Part shown: positions 46,542 through 57,674 of the stretch, piece after piece | Numbering within the stretch: the stretch's first letter is position 1 | How the letters are laid out: the number at the start of each line of letters is the position of its first letter | Source: Nitrospirota bacterium | GTDB taxonomy: Bacteria > Nitrospirota > UBA9217 | NCBI GenBank assembly: GCA_963741205.1 | Contig: CAVUHW010000018.1 | Coordinates: 1-64,000, forward strand | Direction: 5' to 3' | DNA: 64,000 nucleotides | Made by a program: the position numbers and the translations under genes | Notes under the pieces: generated by a model | The model's database searches: none | The model's input: the letters and a program-made list of their open reading frames with translations, nothing else | Told to the model about the DNA's origin: nothing

Positions 46542-48771
46542 CTACTGAGTCGTGAACGTCATCACTGGCGTCGCGGCCACGCCCTCTTTGCCGTCATCGG
46601 CTTCCATTTTCCAGAAGTAGGTCACATTCGGCGAAAGACCCTCCACCTTGAAGGTAAGGTCGGTCGACACGGCCGTCGCAGCCGTGCCACTGCTGCTCTT
46701 GCTGTGGCACGAAGCAATGAACAGACCGGAGACGACCAACACTGCGATCATGCAGAAGTATTCTCTTTCTGCCCTTGAAGCCGAAGGCGAAGCCCAGCCC
46801 GAACAGGGTAAACAGCATGCCCGCGCTGTAGACGCTCGCGTAGTAGACGCCCTTCGCTTGAGCGGTCGCCGGCGTGATCTTCACATCCTGGACGCAATTA
46901 GGCGGCGTACCGATGAAAGCCTGGTTATTGCAAACGAACAGGTGATATGCGATCGTGTCCCCGTCCTGGTCAACCGAAGGCTTCCACCGCAGGACAACAG
47001 GCCTCGCCACCCCCGTTGCTCCGTTTGCCGGGGCCACTATCTCCGGGGCCAGGGGCGCGAAGTTGGTAATGAAATTGATCACCTGACCCACCGCGAGCGC
47101 GTTGCTCGCGAAATCGAGAGCTCCAGTGGTAACCGTGACCGTGTATGCAGTGCCGAAGGCCAGCGGCCGCGTCGGCGTGAACGTGGCGACATCACCGGCG
47201 ACTGTCACCGTCCCATCCACGGGAATGCCTCCGGAGGTTACCTGCATCACGCTGTTGGTGATGGAGGTCGAAAGCATCGGCTCGCTGAAGGTCACGGTAA
47301 TCGGCTCGTCGGTCACCACTCCGGTGGCGTTGTCGGGCGGGTCGAACACGGCTATCGTCGGCGGGGTCCTGTCGGGCACTGTCGCGGTGAAGCTGATGGT
47401 GACGGCAGTGCTCAAGGGGTTCCCGACGAGGTCGGTCATGCCGGTCGTCGTCTGGGCGGTTATGACGGTGCCGACCAATGCCGTTTCCTGGGCTACGGGA
47501 AGGGCAATGGACGCGGTTTTGTTCGCATCGCTATACACCGGTGTGCGGCTAGCGCGGTAGTGACGCCGCTATTGTTCGATAGTCACCGTGAAGGTCGTTG
47601 CATTGATCGTTGCCGGGTCCATCGACTCGCTGAAGGTGGCCGTTATGTTGATGTTGGCGGGCGCGGTCGGCGTGGTGGGAAACGTGGACAGCACCGAGGG
47701 CGGGATCGCATCGATAATGCCCGTTATCGGAGCTACGGTAACGCTCGGGACCGTTCCCACAGTAGCGGAAACTAAAACGGTCGCGGTCCTGGCCACCGGA
47801 CCGGCCGCCGCGCCGCTGAAGACCACGTTAAAGGTGCAATTGCCGGCCGGGGCAATGGTACTGGTGGGCGGAGTCAAACAGGGGCTTGCGGGATCAATCA
47901 CAAAATCCGCGGCGTTCGCCCCCTGCGAGATTATTGAAGCGATAGTCAGCGGGCTCGCCGCGTTCAGGTTTGTCACGGTTACCGTGGCCGTCGCTGTTGA
48001 AAACGGAGCAGGGCGCTGCGCCGGGAAGGCTATGGTTGAGGGCGTAACCGACATCCCGATCACTTTCCCCTCGAGGATGAACGTATTTGCCGTTGCATTA
48101 AGCGCTCCCGCAATGGTCACGGAGGTAACGGGAGTTCCGGTGACGGCAACGGGCGTGACGGAATTCCCGATGTAGACATTTCCGTCCGGAGACTTTACCA
48201 GGCCCGCGGCAGTCTGGAGAAACGGCCCGATGCGTCCTCCCAGCGCTCCGGTAAAGACGCCGGCTGCAAGGCCGATGTCCTCCGTGAAATTGATCCCCTT
48301 CAGCCGGATCGGCAGTGATCGTATCAACGCCGTAAGGATGAGTGACGGTTATTGTGCCCGCCAGCACATCTCTATTCCTTATCCTTATCCTCGCGAACGT
48401 AACCTGGTCCCCGGCGCGGACCACGCCGTTGGCAAAAGAAAACTCAAGCGCCGCAATGTAGAGCATTTTCGGGATCCACGAAGCTGGCGCTGGCGAAAAA
48501 ATAGAAACCTTCTCCCGGGAAGTTAAGGGGAATAGCGAGGGGCAAGGCCGGATCGAAACCCGGGGCAGCCACCATGGTATTGGCGCAGAACCCGTTGTTA
48601 TCGAAGCACGGCGCGAGCGAAAGCCCGGTGGCGTCCTGGTAGAACGCCGGGAATCGTGGTCGCGGGATCGACGGGGCCCACCGTCGTCAGCGCCGCATGG
48701 GACGTCGGCGCGAAAACGAGGGACAACAGCAACATCGCCACGAATGGAACTATTTTAAACTTTGTACGCAT
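46542..48771 (-). CDS. Surface protein 2: novel N-terminal domain, ASH-like Ig, two Big_5 domains, split FN3-like domain with internal lipobox; frameshifted
   Basis: Signal peptide; VTFARIRI, THPYGVD, GRIGPFL; ITATFSESMD and ITVTFSEPM; paralog of 49199-51461. Confidence 0.8.
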
Positions 48772-48836
48772 GGCGCATCCTCCTCTCAATTGCATGATGG
48801 TTGAGGCGAACTAAACTTTTCAACCATTTAAATATA

Positions 48837-48851
48837 GCAAGAGTAATACCA
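48837..48851 (-). promoter_or_regulatory. Sigma-54 promoter, class II
   Basis: TGGTAT-TACTC-TTGC. Confidence 0.75.
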
Positions 48852-48925
48852 GACACGGTTGCTTTCTATTTCCCCTGTTGTTATAGAAACTTATAAGACA
48901 AGCGACTCTTATTTTGATGCACTCT

Positions 48926-48952
48926 GTCCATTATGAACAGTCCATTTTAAGC
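48926..48952. promoter_or_regulatory. Class II tandem enhancer site
   Basis: GTCCA-TTA-TGAAC a GTCCA-TTT-TAAGC, starting 75 bp from the -24 box. Confidence 0.7.
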
Positions 48953-49125
48953 AACACTATTCGTTTTGGTTGCATTTTTTAAACCGGCTATGGTTTAAAA
49001 CGGAATTCTGCTTCCTAATAAATTTTACCACATCAGCGTTTGATTTACACTGGCAACAAGTACCTGTTTCGGAATTAAAGATCACACCAATTCCAATCCA
49101 TGGTGGAGCTTCCGCGTCTTTACAT

Positions 49126-49158
49126 AAAAGAGAAGCCGGGACATCTTCCCCGGCTTCT
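49126..49158 (-). terminator. Intrinsic terminator after Ig-like protein 1
   Basis: AGAAGCCGGG...CCCGGCTTCT followed by CTTTT on the minus strand. Confidence 0.7.
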
Positions 49159-49198
49159 TGCTCTGGTTCAAATCTGTCCTGTGATGAAGCGACACGGG

Positions 49199-51461
49199 CT
49201 ACTGCGTTGTGAACGACATAACAGGGGTCGTGGTCACGCCTCCCTTGCCGTCATCGGCTTCCATTTTCCAGTAGTAGATCACATTCGCCGCAAGACCATC
49301 TACCTGGAAGGCAAGTTCGGTCGGAGCCGGCGGAGCCGAATTATCGCTGCTACTGCTGCACGAGACGATGAACAAGCCGCTGATTACCAGCACCGCGATC
49401 ATCAGGAGTATCTTCTTCCTGCCCTTGATGCCTGCGGCAAAGCTCAAACCGAACAGGGTGAACAGCATGCCCCCGCTGGCAACGCTTGCATAGTAGATTC
49501 CCTTCGCACTCGCGGCCGTCGGCGTAATGGGCTCGTTCTGTCTGCAATTAGGGGCAGAGCCGATGAAGTTCTGGTTATTGCACAGGAACAGGTGATAGGT
49601 TACCACGTCCTGGTCCTGATCGGACGAAGGTTTCCACCGCAGAACAACCGGCCTCCCCACTCCCGTTGCACCGTTCGCCGGTGACACGACCTCCGGCGCT
49701 ACGGGCGCGAAGTTCGTGACGAAGTTGATCACCGGACTCACTCCCGGCGATGACGCCGCCAGGGCGTTCCTCGCCAGGTCGACAGGTCCGGCCGAGAGCG
49801 TGATCGTATAGGCAGTGCCGAATTCCAACGGCCGCGCCGGGGTGAACGCAGCAATCGCTTTATTGTTCACCTCGTCATTGGTGGTTGTCACCGTACCATC
49901 TACCGCGACGCCGTTGACGGTGAGCTTTATCGTGGTGCCGGTGATGGAGGTCCCCAGCATCTGCTCGCTGAAGGTGACGGTGATCGGCAAATCGGTCCGA
50001 ACTCCGGTTGCATTGTTAATCGGGTTGACCGAAGATATCGTCGGTGCTACCCTGTCAGCAGCCGAAGCGGTGAAGGTGAAGGTGAGCGCTGACAAGGGAT
50101 TTCCGACCACGTCGGTCATGAGGGTAGTCGTCTGGGCGGTTATGACGGCCGTTTCCGTCAGGTCAGCATTCGGAGTAAAAGTCGCCGTATTGTTCGCTGC
50201 ATCGTACGCCACGATACCCTGGACCGGGGTCCCGTTGGAAAGCACCGTGAAGCTCGTGGCGGGGCTGATGATCGTTGCCGGATCCATGGCTTCGCTGAAC
50301 GTGGCCGTTATGGTCATGTTGGCGGGCGCTTTGGCAATGTCGGGAAAATGAGAAAGCACCGTGGGCGGAACCGCATCGATTGTCCCGATAATCGGCGTAA
50401 CGAAGGCCTTCGGAACTGTGGCCAATGTTGCGTTAATTGTAACGGTCCCGGTCCTGGCCGCCGGCCCGGCTGCTGCGCCGTTGAAGATCACGTTGAAGGT
50501 GCAGGAACCGGTACCGCCAGACTAACTGGAATAACAGGCGCGGTCAAACAATCGACGTCAACAACCTTGAAAATCCGGTACGTTCGGAGTTATCGTGGCG
50601 ATAGTCACAGTGTTCACCGTAGTTCAGGTTGGTCACTGTTACCGGGACCGGCGGCACTGAATCTATCGCGGGGCGCTGCGCCGGGAAGACTATTGTTGTG
50701 GGCGTTACCGACATCCCGAGTACTTTCCCCTCGAGTGTGAACAGGTTTGTCGTGCCGCTGATCGGTCCCGCAACGGTAAAGGAATTAGGATTGGGAGCTA
50801 CGGCTCCGGTGACGGTAACGAGCGCGATGGAATCCCCCACGTAGACATTCCCATCCGGAGATGTTATTAAACCGGTGGCTTTCCTGAGAAAGGGCCCGAC
50901 GCGTCCTCCCAGCGTTCCGTCAAAGGCGCCGTTGACAGGAAGGATATCTTCCGTGAATCCGAGCCCCTGGTTCTTCGCAATGTTGTCCGGTGTGACAGTG
51001 ACCGTATCAACACCGAAAGGATGAGTCATAACATAGTCGCCCGCCACTATAGCGGGGTTGCGTCTATTAGTGAATCTTATCCTGGCAAACGTAACCTGAG
51101 GGGGTACCGTAGGGCCGGCGGGCAGTAATGCAAACTCCAGCGCAGCTATGTAGAGAGTCCCATCCGGCTGAGAGGTGGCAGTGGAGTAAAAATAGAAACC
51201 TTCTTCCGGGAAATTCGTGGGAAAAACAGCTGGCAGGGCTGGATCGAAAGCCGGACCCGCCACCGCGGTGATGGAGCAGAACCCGTTGTTATCGAAACAC
51301 GGCGCGAGCGAAAGTCCGGTGGCATCCTGGTACCACGCAGGGACCCGGGTTGCCGCGTCCGTCGGCCCCACCGCGGTCAATACCGCATGGGACGTGGGCG
51401 CGAAAACGAGGGACAACAGTAACATTATCAGTAATGGAACTATCTTAATCCTTGTACGCAT
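49199..51461 (-). CDS. Surface protein 1, same architecture as protein 2; frameshifted around 50500-50620
   Basis: Signal peptide; PAWYQD, FPTNFPEEGFYF, VTFARIRF, THPFGVD, GRVGPFL; two Big_5 domains; C-terminal TM hairpin plus LFIVSC. Confidence 0.82.
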
Positions 51462-51602
51462 TGTGCATCCTCCCTATTCTTGGCATAGTCATTTAAAGTC
51501 GCGGGTTACCGAACATATTCCAAGGCAGGCATAAATTTCACTCGATTTTTATCCTGCCATGACAAGATCCGATCCAAAAAAATATGCCACATTAGACTAT
51601 TA

Positions 51603-51617
51603 TCAATTTGCGTGCCA
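51603..51617 (-). promoter_or_regulatory. Sigma-54 promoter, class I
   Basis: TGGCAC-GCAAA-TTGA. Confidence 0.75.
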
Positions 51618-51713
51618 GCGTGTTTCTCCTGAGGGAACAGGTGCTTTTTTCAATGAAATAAAGAAGTTGGATATTATCGGAGGGCAGAATCAAAGGAAGA
51701 AGATTAGTGGAGC

Positions 51714-51745
51714 GCCACACTTATGGGGCGCCTCAGTTGTGTGGC
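51714..51745. promoter_or_regulatory. Class I tandem enhancer site
   Basis: GCCACA-CTTA-TGGGGC followed by GCCTCA-GTTG-TGTGGC, starting 97 bp from the -24 box. Confidence 0.75.
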
Positions 51746-51882
51746 GTTTCAGAGTCACAAGAGGGGGCCGATGGTTCTGACATGAAACGGACAGGGTTGG
51801 TATTAACTTGAGCGTGCGATGAGAAGACACCTGACGCAGGTGGGGCTCAACAGTTGTGCGGCGCTGTCGTGTTGTCAACTCT

Positions 51883-53573
51883 TTATTGTGAAATATGGTA
51901 TTTTTCGATGTTCCGGTAAAGCGTCTTCCGGTCCATGCCGAGGAGCCTTGCCGCTTTCGCCTTGTTCCAGGCGGTCTTCTCGAGGGCCCGGAGGATCGCC
52001 TGTGCATCGACGTTCCCGGTCGCTCCCCGGGAAGCGTCTCCGGCCTCCCGAGAGGCGGTAAGATGAGAAGGCAGGAGCTCGGCGGTAATCGTGTCCGCGC
52101 GGCAGAGGATAAAGGCGTGCTCCAGGGCGTGCTTCAACTCCCGCACGTTGCCGGGCCAGGGGTAGTTCATGAAGATCTTTTCCACCTCGGCCGACACAGC
52201 GTCAATCTGCTTATGAAATTTCGCGTTGAACTGCTTCAAATAGTGCTCCACCAGAAGAGGAATGTCTTCTTTTCTGTCCCGCAGAGGCGGAAGGGACAAC
52301 TCCACGACCTTCAGACGGTAGTAGAGGTCCTCCCGGAACTCGCCCCGCTTCACCTTTTCCTCGAGGTCCTTGTTGGTGGCGGCGATGACCCGGACATCCA
52401 CCCTGAGCGGCTTCGAGTCTCCCACGCGCTCGAACTCCTTTTCCTGGAGCACCCGGAGGAGGCTCGACTGCATCCTCGGCGAGATGTCGCCGATCTCGTC
52501 CAGGAAAATGGTGCCCCCGTCGGCCTTCTGGAACCTTCCGATCCGGTCGCTTACGGCCCCGGTAAAGGCGCCCTTCACGTGTCCGAAGAGTTCGCTTTCA
52601 AGGAGATTCTCCGACAGGGTCGAGCAGTTCACCTTGACCAGGGGCTTGTCTTTCCGCCCGCCCATGAAGTGCAATGCCTCGGCGACAAGCTCTTTCCCCG
52701 TCCCGCTTTCCCCGGTGATGAGGACGGTGGTCTCGACGTCGGCAAGACTCTCGATGAGGGAGTAAACTTCTGCATCCGCTCGCTGACGCCGACCAGGTTA
52801 TGGAACCGGCGGCGCTCATGGAGGTCTTGTTCGAGAGAGGCGAGGCGCGTTTCATCCCTCACCACCATGACGGCGCCCGTGAACAGACCCTGCCGGTCGA
52901 TGAGAGGATAGGTGGAAAAGGTGAGAATTTTCGGGGTGCGCGCGCCCTGGGCGCATTCGAAACGCTCTATCCTCACGGACTTTCTTTCCGCGACGGTCTC
53001 TTTCAGCGCACCCAGAAACTTCTCTTTGCAGTGCATCGACGAGGCGGCCAGGTCCCGGCCGATATCCTCGCGGGAAAGACCGCAGATCTTCACGGCGGCG
53101 TCATTCATTTCGAGCACCGTAAGATCCTTGTCCACGGTCAGGATGCCGTCTTCGACGCTCCGGAAAACCGCATCAAGGTGCGCGCGGTATCTTTCATTTT
53201 CCTTGAGCACTCTCGTGTGCTCCAGTGCCAGGCGGGTGATGTGGAGCAGCGCTTCCTGTTCCACGGGCTTCGGAAGGTAATCGAATGCCCCGAGGCGTAC
53301 GGCCTCGGCTGCGGTCTCAACGGTGGGATAGCCGGTGACCATCACGACCGGACAGATGAGGTTTCTCTCCCTCGTCTCGCGCAGGATATCGATCCCCGTC
53401 CTGCCTCCCAGAATGATGTCCGAAAATATGAGATCGAAGTTCTTTTCGGAAATCCTCGCGAGCCCCTCGGCGTAGTTCGACGCGGTAGTCACCGCATGAC
53501 CTTCCTCGGAGAGAAAACTCGCAAAGGTGTATCTGATGCTTTCCTCGTCGTCGATTACCAGAATCTCAGCCAT
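51883..53573 (-). CDS. Sigma-54-dependent response regulator (REC-PAS-AAA+-Fis HTH), one frameshift
   Basis: VIDDE; [13 protein letters not shown]; GESGTGKE; [13 protein letters not shown]; WPGNVREL; [11 protein letters not shown]. Confidence 0.93.
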
Positions 53574-53649
53574 GTCTACCTCCCTTGGAAAAATCGTGAT
53601 TTGGACGATAGAGGACGCGGACTGTCGCAAGGGTGATGGATGTGATAAT

Positions 53650-55205
53650 TTATACGCCTATCGGACACTTCTCACTTCGTTTCTCTTCCGTCATTCTCTG
53701 CGCATCTCTGCGTCTCCGTGCAATCTCACGTCGTATTTTCGCTCGCTCTGTCGTCCCTGCCGCGGGCAGGTCGATAAGGACCTTCGTATATGCTCCCTGG
53801 ACGCTCTGTACGGCCAGCTTGCCGCCGTGATCGGCGACGATCCCGTGACTGATGGAGAGCCCGAGACCGGTCCCCTCGCCCTTGGGCTTGGTGGAGAAGA
53901 AGGGATTCATGATCTTGTCCAACGCGTCGGGCGCTATGCCGATGCCGCGGTCATGAAAGGTGATGCGGACGAAAGAACCGTCATCGGTCGCTGACCTCTT
54001 CGCAGTTGATATCGAGGGCCTTGTCTTCGTGTTCTCCCGGATACTTCTGATGCAAGGCATACTGGGCGTTGTTGATAATGTTCATGAACACCTGCTGGAT
54101 CTGCTGTGGATTCGCCGTTATTTCGGGCAGGCCTGGCGGAAGGTCGATCCGTAAATGCACCCCTTCCTTCCTCATCTGCGACTCCGTGAGGATGAGGGCC
54201 TCGCGGAGGATGTTCTCCACGCGCACGGGCCTTTTTTCTTCTTTTCTGTCCCGGGCGAAGGAGAGGAGGCTCTTGACGATGCCGGCGATGCGGCGTCCTT
54301 CTTTGGATATCCTCTCGGCCACGTCGTTTTCGGCGCTTCCCTTGACGCTCTTGTTCGACAGGATCCTGGCGTAATTGATGATCCCGTTTATGGGATTATT
54401 GATCTCATGGGCCACACCGGCCGCGAGTTTGCCGATCGATGCGAGATGCGCGGCCCTGAGCGTTTCGACCTGCAGGGCGATATTGCGAGCAGTGGCGGTC
54501 CTTATCCTTTGGTCCATTTCCTCATTCGACCTCTGCAGCGCCTGTTCAGCCCGCCTGCGCCCGAGTTCCCGATGATAAAGCCCGACCATCGATACCATCA
54601 CGATCAAGGCCCATATGAGAACAGTGATGAAGAAGAGACGTTTCGTCTCGGCCTGGTCGTTCAAACGGTCCTTCTCGACGGCATATTTCGAGGGCCCGGG
54701 CGTTTCTCTGGAATTCATTGAATACAGCGTTGAACCGGTCATCCAGGGCGGATCCGGTTCCTCCCCCACGCTCCAGGTCCCGGGAGCGTTTTTGGGCAAG
54801 ATCCTTCAAACTGTCAAGGTGGAGTCTGATGTTTCTCGCAAGCTCGATAAAGGCGGGATCTTCGAAGGGGACAAGATGTGTGCCGTTTTCCGCTGCTCCG
54901 CCGAACAGGAGCGCATCTGAAAATTTAATGGCTTCATCGATATCCGTAAAGGACTTCTCCACGTCCTCTCTCGCACCTTCTGCAATGGCCTCTTCAAACC
55001 AGAGATGAAAGGTCGCCGTCCGCACCTGGATGTCCATGATGTCATCGACATATTCGAAAGCCATCTTCTGTCTCTCCGCGATCGAAAAACAGCCAGAAAA
55101 GCATGACAATCGAGAGGATTCCCAGGAGGAATACCGCCGTGGGCATCCAGTACCACTGCCTGAATATTTGATGACCTTTCACCGGTGATCTCCAGACGTC
55201 TTCAT
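53650..55205 (-). CDS. Membrane sensor histidine kinase (NtrB-type HisKA), frameshifted; ends approximate
   Basis: Periplasmic FHLWFEE domain; AAGVAHEINNP; QQVFMNIINNA; DRGIG; PFFSTK; GTGLGL. Confidence 0.9.
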
Positions 55206-55206
55206 A

Positions 55207-56856
55207 TGAATAACCCGCCCCTGAACCATTTACATGGTTGCAGTGGGGGTTTCACGGATCATAGAAGCATGCAGTCCCTGAGTAGTTCCCAAGGCCTGTC
55301 TTATCTGCCTCTCCCCGCGCGTGACTTCGGCCGGTTCCCGGCCTAGTTTTTCCTTCTTCCTTAGCCGCATGGCGCGCTTGTGATACTTTACGGCAATTTC
55401 GCCGGACACAAGCATTTTTATGCCGCGCTTCTTGATAACGATAGACGCATTGGTATCGGCGTTTTCCGTAAAGCCACAGCTCTGGCAATCGAACACCGCC
55501 TGTGACTGGCGATTGTCCGGGTGAGTGTGCGAACACTTCGAACACTCCTGTGAGGTGCCGTGCGGCGGTATGGCGATAACGAGCTTGTTGCGTCGTGAGG
55601 CTTTGTACGTCGTAAAGAGTTTTACCTTGCCCCACGCTGATTCGAGTATGGACTTGTTGAGACCGGCCTTGGCCTTTGCCCCGTTCGCAATATACGTCCC
55701 GCCGGCTGACTTCTTAGGTTTTGGCGCTCTGGTCATGTTCTTGACCTTGAGGTCCTCGAAGACGAACACCTCTGCGGGTGAATCCACGAGCTTGCGGCTG
55801 GCCTTATGCGCGAAATCATGCCTCACGTTGGCAGCATACGCCTGGCACCGGGCTGATTTCGCAACTGATTGCCTAAAGCGGCCGGATCCTTTGCTCCGCC
55901 TCGCCATTTGCCTCTGATATCTCTTCTTCCGGGCATCCTTTTTTAACAGACGCTCTTGTTGGATGCTGGAGAAGTCATACATAAATCCGTCGCTCGTTGC
56001 CAGCGGGATTTTCACCCCTCGGTCCATTCCCAGGGCAACGGTATTGAGACTCTCTGATGACATGCCGCCGTAAAGCTCGAGAAGTTCCTGCTCGCTTAAA
56101 ACTGCGCCTTGCTTCTCATAGGAGAAGGAGACATACCATTTCCCGGACTCCCGGGAAATGGTGATAGCCGCCGGAACCTCGTACTCATCATGAGCCTTGA
56201 ACTTAAGTTCGCCCAGATCGACCGACTTCGTGCCAAGCATCAGCCGGTGCTCATATATTGTTTTGTCTTGCCGCTGTTTTGAGCCTCCAGTAGGAACGAA
56301 CCTGAACAGCTCGCTGGTAATCCAGACGGACTGCCGTCCTGCCTTCTTTTTATAAGCAGGGCGACCAGCCAGTCCTGTCAGGTACCTCTTGCAGGCGCCC
56401 ATGAACCTGGTTGCGCCATTCCTTAGGATATGAGACGGCACATCATACAGAAACGGGGCGAGTTTCTTGTCCTTGAACTGGGCGTATTGCTGATCAATCG
56501 GCGGCTGTAGTCCGGTTAGCGACAGTGAATGATTCCGGAAAGTACGGAAATAACGCTCCTCGGCAACCTTGGCGTTGTAGATAAACCGCTGGCAGCCCAT
56601 CCACTGCGCGAGAATATCGGGCTGCTCCGTTGTCGGGTAGCAACGGAATTTTATGCCGCTTGAAAATCGCCATATCTCTAATATAGGTGATGAATCCTGA
56701 TAGTGCAACTCAATAATACGCTGCAGCCATCGGTACTATATTATAAGATTGCATATCGTTTCGTAGCACAGACAACGCACCAATCCACATCCAAAACAAG
56801 TCCGCTTGACCCCCTCCTGGCGCTTCACCCCTAGCAGGGGGAATGCGCGGACTTTA
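55207..56856 (-). mobile_element. IS200/IS605-family tnpB-only element; ends approximate
   Basis: tnpB followed by a TTCAGGGGCGGGTTATTCA right-end-like motif; hairpin at 56798-56856 upstream; no tnpA. Confidence 0.7.
55230..56673 (-). CDS. tnpB: TnpB RNA-guided endonuclease
   Basis: KFRCYPT HTH; RuvC GMDRG, FEDLKV and NADTNA; CSKC/CQSC zinc ribbon. Confidence 0.95.
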
Positions 56857-56895
56857 GTTCATGAAACATTTTCAGGCTTCGTGTATGAGGCAAGG

Positions 56896-57546
56896 TCAAA
56901 CATACCCATTGTGAATCGCGTATTTTACGAGGTCGGCAGTTTTTCTGAGTTTCAGTTTGTCCATGAGGTTTGCGCGATGATGGTCTACGGTGCGGACGCT
57001 TATACAAAGAATTTCGGCGGTCTCCCGGGATGATTTTCCTTCCGCTATAAGCTTGAGTACCTCCCTTTCGCGGGTGGACAGGCATTCGCCTTGACCGGAG
57101 GGTTGGCCATCTCCCTTCTCCTCCAGTTTCCGGAACGCAATCAACTCCTGCGAGAGCGAAGGAGACGCGTAAAACGCCCCTTGCCGGATTTTTTTTATGG
57201 CGGAAAAGAGCTCCGTGTCGGCGTCTTCCTTCAGGAGATAGCCGTCGGCGCCTGACGCGAGCGACTGATAGAAATATTCCTTGTCCTTGTGCATCGTGAG
57301 GATCAGCACCTTCACCCCGGGCTGCCGGGATTTGATCTCGCAAACGGCCTCGATTCCGCGAAGATGCGGCATCGAGATATCGAGGACAACCATATCGGGG
57401 ACCGTCTTATTCAGCAGACTGATGAGTTCCAGGCCGTTTCCTGCCTCCCCAACGACCTCCATTTCAGGCGACTCCTCGACTATCCGTCTCAGTCCCTGGC
57501 GAAGCAGGACATGATCATCAACCAATACAATGCGATAGGGGCTCAT
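56896..57546 (-). CDS. NarL/LuxR response regulator, paralog of 40735-41425
   Basis: VDDHVLLRQGLRRIVEES; LSTREREVLKLIAEG. Confidence 0.95.
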   Translation of the reverse strand: MSPYRIVLVDDHVLLRQGLRRIVEESPEMEVVGEAGNGLELISLLNKTVPDMVVLDISMPHLRGIEAVCEIKSRQPGVKVLILTMHKDKEYFYQSLASGADGYLLKEDADTELFSAIKKIRQGAFYASPSLSQELIAFRKLEEKGDGQPSGQGECLSTREREVLKLIAEGKSSRETAEILCISVRTVDHHRANLMDKLKLRKTADLVKYAIHNGYV

Positions 57547-57674
57547 GGCTTTCTTCTCCCTGATTTCGTGCCCGTTAACGGCTCTCAAAACAGTAAACGA
57601 ATGTATCGGCGATTAACGTGTTCGGGATGACAGCAGCAAGTAACGGCTGCCCGTGCAGTTTCTATTACCGAATA

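Noticed and set aside
46542-46751. Independent 69-aa lipoprotein gene
   Set aside because: In the paralog (49199-50491) the same segment is in frame with the upstream domains, so the split is probably an indel; an internal start cannot be fully excluded.
56798-56856. tRNA or other ncRNA
   Set aside because: There is no cloverleaf or T-loop; its position fits an IS200/IS605 end hairpin.
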